Source of the DNA: Selaginella moellendorffii
Lineage: Eukaryota > Plantae > Lycopodiophyta
Direction of reading: 5' to 3'
Length of the DNA: 64,000 nucleotides
Assembly: GCF_000143415.4 (NCBI RefSeq)
Contig: NW_003314289.1
Location: 153,109 to 217,108, forward strand
Part shown: piece after piece, positions 40,840-52,459 of the stretch
Layout of the letters: each line of letters starts with the position of its first letter
Position numbering within the stretch: the stretch's first letter is position 1
The notes under the pieces: generated by a model
What the model was told of the DNA's origin: nothing
The model's database searches: none
Seen by the model: the letters and a program-made list of their open reading frames with translations, nothing else
Made by a program: the position numbers and the translations under genes

Positions 40840-43800
40840 GGAGCCATTTGCACCTGCACTTTATATAAAAATATTTTAAAACGTATTTTAATTTTTGTGA
40901 CTGTACTTTAGTAGTTTTTAGGTTGTTTTAAGCTTTAAGTATGCATTTTAAAACATTTTCATTCCCACTTGCATAGGTTTTTATGGTAAAAATTTAATGT
41001 AAAACACTAATGACTTTGCACCTGACTTACTTTAAAATGTCTTCAAAATAGCATTCGAACATGTTTTAAAATATTTTAAAATTTCAAATTCAAATCAAAT
41101 TTGAAATGCTAACCCTAAATTTCAATTTTCAAATATTAAACTTGAACATAGCAACCATGCAGTTCTACGACGCCGCAAACATAGGAAGTTAATTAGGTTC
41201 TCTCGGACCTCCTATGCATCCTCCATCCTATGCAAGTCTTCTTGTGGTTCTCCCTTAGCTACAACAGGATCCTTGTAATTTTCGAAAATCTTTACTTCCT
41301 TCAAGGCTTGAATGTGTTTCTCCCATGCTTTGATCTCAGCATTGATGTTTATCTCACTAACATCAATTAAGAAGTTTGTAAGCAACCAAAGGGAACGACT
41401 TGAGAGATGGTTTATGGGGTTTAAATATATAGGGATGAATAAAAGTGCACCCTCTTTTCCAATTGATTAAGGGTTTTAAAATACTTGGAGTTAAGCGTCC
41501 TTGAGTTTGAATAGTATTGAGCTGGATAACCTCCCAGAAAGTCCAAATTCAGGAACTTACAAAGTTGTGCAAAATGCAACAACTTTTGATGATGTTCGGT
41601 AGGTACTTCTACTTGATCCTTTGTTTTTGATCCAAGCATTTGAATTTCATTTTTAGGAGTCTAAATGCTTTTTCAATAACAATCCGGGCCAGATGGTGTT
41701 GCTGGTACTCCGCCTCAGTCACCGTCAACTGGGAACATGTTTCAAATTAATAATTGAAAAAAAAAAAACAATCAACTTACCCAAGTGAGGGATCATCAAG
41801 TGTTGCTGCAGTTGGTAGTCCTTGTCTCCCACCAGATATGGCTCAATCCACTCGTCAAAAGCAAACTCTCGAAGAACTGTGAGTAATTCCTTCGCTTGGA
41901 TCTTGTGGTATAGCCTAGAGTTCCGAAAAACCCTCATGTCATGAACACTTCTTGGGAAAAAAAAAAACCAATTAGATATATAGAAGAAAAAAATTAAAAG
42001 TAATTACCTGGCCAGCTTGCATAGATATTCAAGAACCTTTTCTGAGCGTCACAAACCCTCTACAAGATCACCTAATACTGTTGTTTTCGATCAAAGTAGC
42101 CCTCACCATCAGGGCCAACTGATCAGATAATCTCAAAATGTGTATAGTTGATTGCCCCAGCCATATTAGGGAGATGGGTCTTGGTGATTTGCTAAAAATT
42201 TGCCACCACAGCTCTAACTTCCGCTGTTGTCTCTGGGAATCGAATCTTGTACCCAAGGCACTTGACAATTGCAGTAGCATGTGCAGTGGCTTCCCCGATC
42301 CCAAATTTGTCAGACAGGTCAGAGTAGTCGGTGTTCTTGAACAACTTGTACAAGGTGACCCCTAAAAGAACATCCACTGGCACCGCTCTCATAAACTTTG
42401 TATCCTGCTTGCAGATTTCAACCTCCAGAATGCCACAAAGCCCAAAGAACATCATCTTCTCCATCCTCAACTTCCGCTTCCATCGACCAGGGTTATACAA
42501 CTCCATGAAGCATACACCGCGGCTTCACCCACCAGAGACTAGTGTCAAGTCACTTGGACAAGACTGCTCGACAAAGCTTGTCTTCGTCCTCCTCCTCATC
42601 CGGAAGAGTTTATGCCACCAGGGTTTTGTCATCGATAATGGATTGAAAAGCCTCCACAGCGAGAAACAAAACTTGTAGAATAAGCAAGATTACCTTGTTC
42701 CTCAATAAAGCATCGATGACTGTTGCTTGATTGTTGAAAGAACCATGTTCCCCCCAAGCATCTCCTTGGTTTTCCCCGAAAGCATCTTTTATTTCCTCGG
42801 GTTGAACTATTGCAAGATCCTGAAAAAAAAATTTGTTAGAAAAAATCTAGAATATCATAGCCTAAACATAGTTTAGTTTAATATTAATAATTAATGTCCC
42901 CCTAAAATCCCAAAAACAAGACAGCTAACTCCTAGATGCAGCCCCATTCAAGAAGTTAGAGATGGAGCTTGCAAGGTTGGAGATGGCTCTAGCTAAAACT
43001 GTTGCAGCTGCAGCCTTCTCCTTCTCAGCCAGGCTATTCTCCTTCATGCAAACAATGCTCTCCTTTTGCCATGCTAGATTCTGCTCATTTCGAGCAGTAG
43101 CGAGAGCATTTCCCTCAGCGAGCAAAGTTGTCATGCTTTTCTCGGCCTTCTTCGGGTTCTTCTGCTTCCCTGAACTCCCTGGCACCTGTGTAGCATCTCT
43201 AGGAGGATCAACACCATCCGCGGGGTCCTCCTCGTGAGCTTCCTCTTCCGAAGCATCTGAATCAACAAGAAATGTTGGAGATGTCGATGTTTGCTTTGCT
43301 AGGAATTCATCCATGATGTTGAAGTACTCGACTAGGAACACCTTCAAGTTCAACTTCATTGGCATAAGCTGCTTTGCATCCTTGTGGCTCAAGCTAAAGT
43401 AGTCAGGGTTCCCAGTTTTCCTTTGGAAATCACAAACACACTTGTAGTTGTTGCAAAGGTTGTTCCAGCGAGTCTAGCAAGCCTTCCAACCCCGCTGCAT
43501 GCCAGCAGCCTGGACCTTCTTCACAATCCTCTTCCAGCAATCAGTTGCTGTCAACGTTGTCTCCTCACTTCCCCACACTGCCCTGATCTTTCCAAGGTGA
43601 TCTTCCCATTTGAAGTCAATGAGGGAAGCCATCTCACCATCTCCCTAGTTTTTCCCGCATTTCTTCCTCACTTTCTTCACAACATGAACACCTGCCTCCC
43701 CTTCCTCGTCGGCATCACCCTCCTCTTCATCACCCCAATCATCTTCTTCCACCTCCTGTTCAATGGCAACGTCGTCTTGCTCCTCCAAGTTATGAAACTA

Positions 43801-44604
43801 GAGTTGCATGTACTACTGTCCTGATGACTGCTCTTGCTCCAGGTCACCTGCTTCACCACCTTAAACCCGAAACCACTCTCCTAGAATCTGAGCTAAACTC
43901 GGTTTGAAGCTTACCTTGTTAGTTGTCATAGAAGAGAATTCAGAGAACAATCAAGTTCTAGAAGCCGTGGGGGGAGAGGCTCCAGCTCCCCGTGCTACAA
44001 CTCCCCATTCTCCAGCTCTGAGTCCACCCTGATTGAGGCCAAGATTCGAGAGATCGGCATCTCCACGGCCTCGGCCCCAAGGCGGCATGCCTCCTTGAGC
44101 AACAGCTGGGCCTGGTGCTCGTCCTCCAACCCCGGATGCTCCTCACTCCACAAACAGCACCTCCTCGCTGGATGCCACTGCCCTGAACCTGTACCATCTC
44201 CTCGTCAAACCCTATAACTCCTCCTTCCGCAAAATCGGCTACTCCTCCTTCCTCAACCGAATCCCCAACATGATCTAACCCTAGGGCGATGACTGCTACC
44301 ATAAAATGCCTGAGCTCACGGCAGCTCGCAGCAAAAAACTGAAACACGTGCTGGAATCTTTGGGGAATCTTGGAGATCCCTTTTAAAAATATTTTAAGTT
44401 CCCCCCTATCTTTTAAAATCGGTCTGAATGTTTTAAAAAGTGAAAACATTGTGTTAAAGTTAGCACTATGTGCAAATGAAATTTTTTTTAAAAATATCCT
44501 AAATTTTAATGTAAAGTAATTTACTTTATTTTAAAACATAGTGCGAATGTATTCATCACTTAAATTTAACACATTTCAAGAATAAAGAGCAGGTACATGG
44601 CTCC
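40840..44604 (-). mobile_element. PIF/Harbinger DNA transposon (degenerate Myb/SANT-like ORF + DDE nuclease)
   Basis: Imperfect TIRs GGAGCCAT(T)TG(C/T)ACCTGC. Trihelix-type RGWKAC*TRWNNL..YK at ~43450-43500. Nuclease motifs LRMEKMMF, LGVTLYKL, DKFGIGEAT, YLVGDKDY, RIVIEKAF, CCILHNF at ~41.3-42.5 kb. Confidence 0.9.
41377..41561 (+). mobile_element. 185-bp solo LTR with 5S rRNA-like core (Cassandra-like TRIM)
   Basis: TGTAAG...CTTACA ends and a 5-bp TSD AAGTT on both sides. 41487-41544 aligns without gaps to the A-box to C-box part of plant 5S rRNA. Confidence 0.8.
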
Positions 44605-45804
44605 TATGGTCTCTTATTCTTCTGTATTGCCAACAACTGGTTGGTCATGGGATCCAGTTCTATGCCAGGTACCTGCATGTCCATAGAATTTGTAGCGTGC
44701 GAGAGCTAGATAGGTTGCTTGTTTCTGGTATATAGTTTTCCAGCGTTACAACAACTCAGCAGCGCGGCATGCTCAACTTGATGACTTGCTCATCCTTACT
44801 GTGCCAGACCAGGAAAACACCTCGAGGTGCAAACCGAGCTCTCACTGCAAATGGCTCTGTCATCAATGATATCATATGGATACGGTACGGTCCTCTTTTG
44901 TATTAATTTTTCTGACATGCTCGTCATTAAGTGTGAGGAACTAGACGCCTGCTCCCTGGTCAACAGTGGTGGTGCCTTCGTTCCCAGGTGAAAGCTCTTC
45001 GTTCCCAGGTGAAAGCTCTTAGTTCTCTGACTCATTTCATTTTTTTTATTATAGGGTCAGTTCACCAAGTTATGTCTTCGTCCAAAATCATCATTGAAGC
45101 TTTATTTTTTGATAGATTCTTTTCCTGTTCTTCTCAAAGGTCAGAAAAAAACTAGAAGTTTCACCAACTGTTACTTCTATGCATCATTGGTTTTTGACAT
45201 ATTGATAGCAATAACCAAAACAATAGAGCTCAAGGTATTATCAATGTTCATTTTTCTATTCTATTGTCTTTTTTTCTAACTATATGAGGATGATTTTGCA
45301 ACTTCTTTATTGTTTTAAAGTCTTTATCTTTCCCGTGATCCAACTATACTTGTAACTACATTAACCAGTTTGCTATTGAACGCTTATATGAATCATATCC
45401 TCAATTTTGTAAGGAAAGCCTACGATAGGCCATTATGTGGACACGACCAAGTTCGAGGCTCTGGTATGTGAGAAAGTCTTTCACCTGGCTTTGATTTCCC
45501 TTTTCCCTCCTTTCTTCTAGGACGCATGGCTTGACAGTGCGGAGGTAGACACTTTGAACGCCTCACGAGAAAAGATAAAGAAGTTTCCGAGAATGACATT
45601 TCCCCTCGAGATATCAGGCTCACAAAGAAGCAGATTGCTGATGCGCTGGAGCCTGGAGAAATGGTGCTTGTTTTTTATTGTTCAGCATTGTCATGCTTGG
45701 TAGTAGCATTCTATTGTCTTGGGTATGCCACTTACGCGAGCAGTATTCCTTTTGTCTTTCACTGAATGCATGCATATGCTTGTGCCTAGCATAAACATCT
45801 CTGT

Positions 45805-46905
45805 GGATCTTGACGAGATGAACCACATTTCTACTGAGTAATAGGCACATTCAGGTAAGCAGTGATTTTCAAAAGCATAGTTTTGCTCCTTGTCCTCTGA
45901 GAAACTGGGCTCTGGTTGCCGCAGTTACGTAGCTCCAGAGTACGCAATGACCGGACATCTTTTGGTGAAGAGCGATGTCTACCGCTACGGGGTCGTGCTA
46001 CTGGGGCTACTGTCGGGCAGAAGCCGGTCGATATGTCCCAGCCACCCGGTCAAATAAATCTAGTGACATGGGCAAAGACCGCTGCTCAACAGCAAGGAGG
46101 GACTGGAGATCCTCGGCTCTAAACAATGTTCCATTCGACAACCTCGTCAGGGTGGCAGCGATCACCTCCAGCCGGACGTCTCTCACAGGCCTCTCATGCA
46201 GTCGTCCAGGCGTTGAAGCTAATGTACAACGACTCGGACGCCAGCGATGGTATCGTGTCCGGCAATGGCAGCATGCCCTGGGAAAGCCAGCAGCAGGATG
46301 TAAAGTCGAGGAATCCTTTTGTCGGCGGTGGTGGAACGTACGCAAGCGGTGGTGGTGGTGGTGGCGGTGGCGACGAGAGAATCCGCACTGTGGCGAGACA
46401 CGGCTGGGAGAGTGGCTCGTTCAACAGCATTGACTACGACTCGAGGACGTTTGGTGAAGATCGGGCAGGGAAGCAGAAGGCACTGTCAAGCTGGGGGAGC
46501 AGCAGCAATGCGCATCAGCTCCCACTGCGGCGACATCGATCAAGCGGAAGCGTCCTTGGTACCGAGTGAGAAACGCGTAATGGGACAGTGAGTGAGTCGG
46601 TGCTACTGCGGTACGGACGATGCTAACAGGAACGACCATCGTGACAGTTTTTAGAGGGAGCGGGGCGGCGGGGGTGGTGGTGGCGGAGATGGAAGGGATG
46701 GATTGACTATTGTTTCACGCAGGCTAGTCGTATTCTTGCTCGAGATGATGGTTTCGAGCTCGGCTTCTCATCGATTTGGATCTTCTTGCTGGGTGTTTGC
46801 TACTGGAGTATAGCGAGATCACAGGAGCACAAGAAGGGAGCTTGAGTTCCTGGCTCGGGAAACAAGCTGTCCAGAGTGCAAGATGGTGGTAGTTTGTAAC
46901 ATATG
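45805..46905 (+). pseudogene. ALE2-like kinase 3' fragment (second + strand copy)
   Basis: 45420-46905 is a direct repeat of ~37200-38570 and retains more of the parental tail (RNPFVGGGG, ..SSNAH). Confidence 0.92.
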
Positions 46906-47672
46906 ATATCGTTGATGACAGAGCCATTTGTGGCGAGAGCTCGGTCTGCACCTCGAGGTGTTTTCTGGTCTGGCACAGTAAGGACGAGCAAGTCGTCAAG
47001 TTGAGCATGCCACGCTGCCGAGTTGTTGTAACGCTGGAAAACTAAATACCAGAAGCAAGCAACCTAGCTAGCTCTCGCACGCTACAAATTCTATGGACAT
47101 GCAAGTACCTGGCATAAAACTGGATCCCATGACCAACCAGTTGTATAAGAGACCATAGTCAATTTAACACCTTGCAAGGAAGAAAAAATAACAAATTTAT
47201 ATGTTAACTTTCTCTCCACTTTAGAATTACACACCAGATTTCTGTTTTGCACGGGCAGTTGAATGATTGATATAACAACGCCTCCTGACTTGTGGTTCCC
47301 ACTGATTTGAGCACACGAACTGTCATGTGTAAGGAACTTTGGAAGGAACAAAATTTCACGAGGATCCAGATCGCCACACGTGCCCTGGAAAGCGAATCGA
47401 TAAGGAGATAGCAGGCGCCAAGGCGCCGCCTGGTCATGTCGCCCTGTGCCCTGGAAACCTCCCCTAACTCGCTTGCTCGCATGCCAAGCTTGTATCGAAT
47501 GAATTCCAGGATATGGATGCTGCCAGTGCGCAGATCAAAAAAATTGTATTACAAATAGTATCCGGTATTAATTAGTTTAACAGGAGAAATCTCGACCGTT
47601 GGCTTAAAAAATACTTTAGAATATGCCGGGATATTCTAGATATATTCTTTACTCTTCATACAGCTTTTTAAT

Positions 47673-49554
47673 TTATAAGATTTCATGGAGAGTTGGTACG
47701 GGTAGTGGAAAAAGACCATCTTCGCTGTGTTTCGACTTTGTCTCCCAGCCAAGGTACCGGGTGTATTCATAGTCGATATCCGAAAGGACTCGGGCTGCTC
47801 CAATCTTGGACTGCTCTTTTGGAACCACCACGGGATGCCCAACGTATTGTCTATAAGCACGCCACATCGCTGTGTCCGGTGGCTTTGCGAGATCGTAGTC
47901 CTCTGGCCACATGTTCATCAGCCATGCCTCTTCCTTTTCGCTGGAGGACACCCTGTATAAACAAATCATGCCGATATTTTAATGTGTGTTAGAGAATGGA
48001 TGCTAGTGCTAGTACCACATCTCTCCCATAGTGCATATCCTCACAGCTTTCTCCATAAAGGACGGAGTGCGCTCCTTGTAGAAACCATTTGCTAGAACCT
48101 GGCAAGAAAGAAAAGAATAAAAGCTTGCACACACAAACATGTACATACCTCCTCCTCCTCTTGCGTGCTAGAATCCTGCGTCCCAAGCCGGCCATCTAGT
48201 CCAACAAAACACTTGAACATATATAACTCTGGAGAGGCACAAAACTTACACGTCAACTTGTGGTCGTAATAGATTCGGAGGTCGTAGCGCCCAAGCCAGA
48301 TGCGAGCGTGCTGCGTGCAAACCGAGATGGCATGGTAGTGCGGCAACACGGACAGCGGTGGCCTCTCGAGGGCGAGCGATCGCAGGAGCTTGTTGTTGTG
48401 GATCCCTTCGAGCAGCAGTACCAGTTCCTTGACCCGCAGGGGTGCAGACATGACGCCGTCCATTTCGACAAACGGCCAAGGCGGCGGGACTCGATGTCCT
48501 GCAAGCAGCGAGTAAACCAATTTTACTTGGTCTCGTCGAGCTTGGTCACGCACAACCGATCGCATATTCCACCCCTGTGGACAGAACTTATAAAGATCAG
48601 AGATTTCAAGAATTTGAGTTACTCACCATGTTGTCCACCGGGTGAAAAAAGAAGAAGTCGCTGTTCACAACTTTGGATACCAAGTCCAGTAGCTTTGGCA
48701 CTTCCCCCGCAAACGTGGTACTCAGAGGGGAGAATTTGATGTCCCACTTCTCCTCCACGTCCCCTTTGCAGCGCCCTGAAAGAGTTGTCGACAAGAGAAA
48801 CCAGGTAAATAAAAAACTTCTTACATCTAAATTCCCCATTGCAAGGCTTGCGGTAAGGCTCTGCAGGAAAGAAATCCATATCGATATCGGTGCGCGCCAC
48901 CTCCTTGGAGCACACTTCCAAAACAAAGATCCAAAACCGCCATTAGAAAACCAAGAAAAGTTACAAACCTTTCATGTTCCTCTCCCTGCAAAACGCGCTC
49001 CACAAACGCTCCAGGTGCTCCGTCACCTCCTCGTCTTGCCTCGATGCTTCTAACGAGTCAAGGGTTGGAGTCCGCGAGAGCAGCACCCGGCGAGCGAAAT
49101 CAACCATGCAGTCCATCTGCGCTCGCGCGCCGTCCCAGCCCAGCGTTGCAGCGCACGCGCTCCTCTCGGCATCGGAGAGGCGGGCGATGTAGCAGAGTGC
49201 CAGCACCAGGAACAGCGTCTCGTCCGGATCTTCAGCATGCCATTTGGCGATCATGGCATCTATGCACACGCATTCGTGCACGTCCATCGCCGCTGCCTCC
49301 TCCTCATGCGCCCGTGCAGCTTTGGCGACGAACTTGGACATGGCCCCAGCATAACCAATACCCCTTGCGTTGACAAGATCATTAAACCCTACCCCTGGTT
49401 TCAAAATCTCGGTACGATACACGGGCGATAGATGAAGCGTACGCCTCAGATCCGCAGATAAACTGCCCGGAAGCGGAGACAAACGACCCCGCGAGGGCAG
49501 CGGAGAAAAACTGCCTAGCGTCGAGAGACTTCTACGAAAAGAACTGGAAAGCAT
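47673..49554 (-). CDS. Family X copy 3: intact, near-identical inverted copy of copy 2 (~519 aa)
   Basis: ORF translations mirror those of copy 2 (coordinates sum to 88200). The only differences seen are a 9-nt deletion and W>L in the presequence. Confidence 0.8.
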
Positions 49555-49599
49555 TGCTGCGCGCAATACTGTGCCCTACGTTTATAAGCCGTTTTTTCG

Positions 49600-50500
49600 A
49601 TAATCTGGCATAGACAGCTTGTTTCCCGAGCCGATCTCGCTATACTCCAGTAGCAAACACCCAGCAAGAAAATCCAAATCGATGAGAAGCCGAGCTCGAA
49701 ACCATCATCTCGAGCAAGAATACGACTAGCCTGTGTGAAACAATGATCAATCCATCCCTTCTATCTCCGCCAACCACCACCGCCGCCCCGCTCCCTCTAA
49801 AAACTATAGCAGCCAAATGTCACTATGGTCGTTCCTGTTAGCATCGTCCCGCTTGTACCGCAGTAGCACCAACACTCACTGCGTGTTTCTCACCCGGTAG
49901 CACTGTCAAGCTGGGGGAGCAGCAGCAATGCGCGTCATCTCCCAGTGCGGCGACATCGGTCAAGCCGAAGCGTCCTTGGTAATTTCCACCAAACGTCCTA
50001 GAGTCGTAGTCAATGCTATTGAACGAGTCACTCTCCCAGCCGTGTCTCGCTGCGTCTCGTCGTCACCACCGCCGACAAAAGGATTCCTCGACTTTACGTC
50101 CTGCTGCTGGCTTTCCCTGGGCATGCTGCCATTGCGGACACGATACCGTCGCTGGCGTCCGAGTCGTTGTATATTAGCTTCAACGCCTGGACGACTGCAT
50201 GAGAGGCCTGTGAGAGACGTCCGGCTGGAGGTGATCGCTGCCACCCTGACGAGGTTGTCAAATGGAACATTGTATAGAGCCGAGGATCTCCAGTCCATCC
50301 TTGCTGTTGAGCAGCGGTCTTTGCCCATGTCACTAGATTTATTTGACCGGGTGGCTGGGACATGTCGACCGGCTTTCTACTGCGACAACCAGAGGTCAGT
50401 TTCTCGGAGGACAAGGAGCAAAACTACGCTTTTGAAAATCACTGCTTACCTGAATGTTCCTATTACTCTGTAGAAATGTGGCTCATCTCGTCAAGATCCG
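49600..50500 (-). pseudogene. ALE2-like kinase 3' fragment (minus-strand copy, with internal micro-inversion)
   Basis: [19 protein letters not shown] and [18 protein letters not shown] on the minus strand. 49901-49981 is flipped. Confidence 0.88.
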
Positions 50501-50949
50501 CAGAGATGTATCATATGCATGCATTCAGTGAAAGACAAAAGGAATACTGCTCGCGTGAGTGGCATACCCAAGACAATAGAATGCTACTACCAAGCATGAC
50601 AATGCCGAACAATAAAAAACAAGCACCATTTCTCCAGGCTCCAGCGCGTCAGCAATCTGCTTCTTTATGAGCCCGATATCTCGAGGGGAAATGTCGTGCT
50701 CGGAAACTTCTTTAACTTTTCTCGTGAGGCGTTCAAAGTGTCTACCTTTGCACTGCGTCCTGGAAGAAAGGAGGGAAAAAGGAAATCAAAGCCAGGAGAA
50801 AGACTTTCTCACATACCAGAGCCTCGAACTTGGTCGTGTCCACATAATGGCCCATCGTAGTATCTCTTCTCGCTCGCATTTAAGTTGAATGGCTCCATCT
50901 TAGCTCAAACAGGTTACAAGGAAAGGATCGCATCGAAGCTCTGCCGTTC

Positions 50950-51740
50950 TAAGCATGCGTGCACTACGCAGGCAACCATCTAAGCATCGCCTCAGAGAGA
51001 GAAATCACTCCATTGAACTAGCTGATATTACATTAATGACGTGGCGGAAACGAGCTTTGAAGTGCTGGTATTGGAATCTCCTCTCTTTTGAGCTGCTTCC
51101 TTGAGAAGGCCTCGGTGTGAAGGTAGCGGGTGCATTTATAGTTGATAGTGGAAAGGACGCGGCCTTCAATCTTGGGCTGCTCTTTCGGAACCGCCACGGG
51201 ATGCCCAACGTACTGTCTGTAAGCGCGCCACATCGCTATGTCCGGTGGCTTTGCGAGATCATAGTCCTCTGGCCGCATGTTCATCAGCCATGCCTTTTCC
51301 ATTTGGCTGGAGAACACCCTGCATCACAAAAAGAAATCATGCAAAGATTTTAATGTGTGTTAGAGAATGGATGCTAGTACCACATGTCTACCATAGTGCA
51401 GGCCCTCACAGCTTTCTCCACGAAGGACGGAGTGCGCTACATGCAGAAACCATTTGCTAGAACCTGGCAAGAAAGAAAGGAATAAAAGTTTGCACACACA
51501 AACATGTACATACCTCCTCCTCCTCTTGCGTGCTAGAATCGTGTCTCCCAAGACGGCCATCTAGTCCAACAAAACTCTTGAACATATATAACTCTGGAGA
51601 GGCACAAAACTTACACGTCAACTTGTGGTCGTAATAAGCCAGATGCGAGCGTGCTGCGTGCAAGTCGAGATGGCATGGTAGTGCGGCAACACGGACAGCG
51701 ATGGCCTCTCGAGGGTGAGCGATCGCAGGAGTTTGTTGTT
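50950..51740 (-). pseudogene. Family X copy 4, 5'-truncated
   Basis: AWLMNMRPEDYDLAKPPDIAMWRAYRQYVGHPV and YYDHKLT. Homology ends at ~51740. Confidence 0.85.
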
Positions 51741-52459
51741 CTCTCAATACCACTACAGTGGAAATAGGAATGAACACTTTGACTTATAAGCTGAGAAATT
51801 GATAATAGATTTTGAATTAAGCTAAGTAGAAATAAAACACCTCTTAACTCCATATTAAAACTCTCAAAATAAATAGATCCACAAGCAATAATATATAAAG
51901 TCTCACCTCTAAGAAACTCTTATTTTCTGAAAGAAAGCCTTATTTGTTGTCATCTTAGTGCTATAGCTGTTGTAACATATAACCTTTGTGCCAGCCTGAA
52001 TTAGTTGCGGAATCCGAAATATCTAAGTATGGACAGTTTCCACAAGGATACGCAAGCACCACACGAAGGAAGAAAAAAGCAAAGCTTGTCATACCCCGTC
52101 AGCCATAGTAATTCTTGGCATTTGCTACAATATCATGTCCAGACAGCGGGACATTACTCGTCTTGGTGTCTTACAATTGAAGAATTCTTACTCACAGGGC
52201 ACATTACTTCCAAATCGCTGGAAGAAGAGAAACCCCATCTCCCATTGCCTCGATGCTGTCGTTACCTCAGTATGCTCTCATCTTCATGCGAAATCCACCA
52301 GAGCGAAAGAGGAAGAATGAATACTTCCACCTCCAGGGAAGCTTACACGGAGCTCACAAGTGCTGGTACTGAAACGTCGAGTGCTGGTACTGGAATCGTA
52401 ATGGCGATTGAATCCCACCACGTCTTTCACTTCGTCAAACGCAGGATCGTCCACTTTTA

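Noticed and set aside
44978-45020. 21-bp tandem duplication (TTCGTTCCCAGGTGAAAGCTC x2)
   Set aside because: Simple local slippage. No spacers, not CRISPR-like.
51751-51765. CACTACAG motif near the X4 breakpoint (CACTA-like end)
   Set aside because: No matching opposite terminus or 3-bp TSD found.
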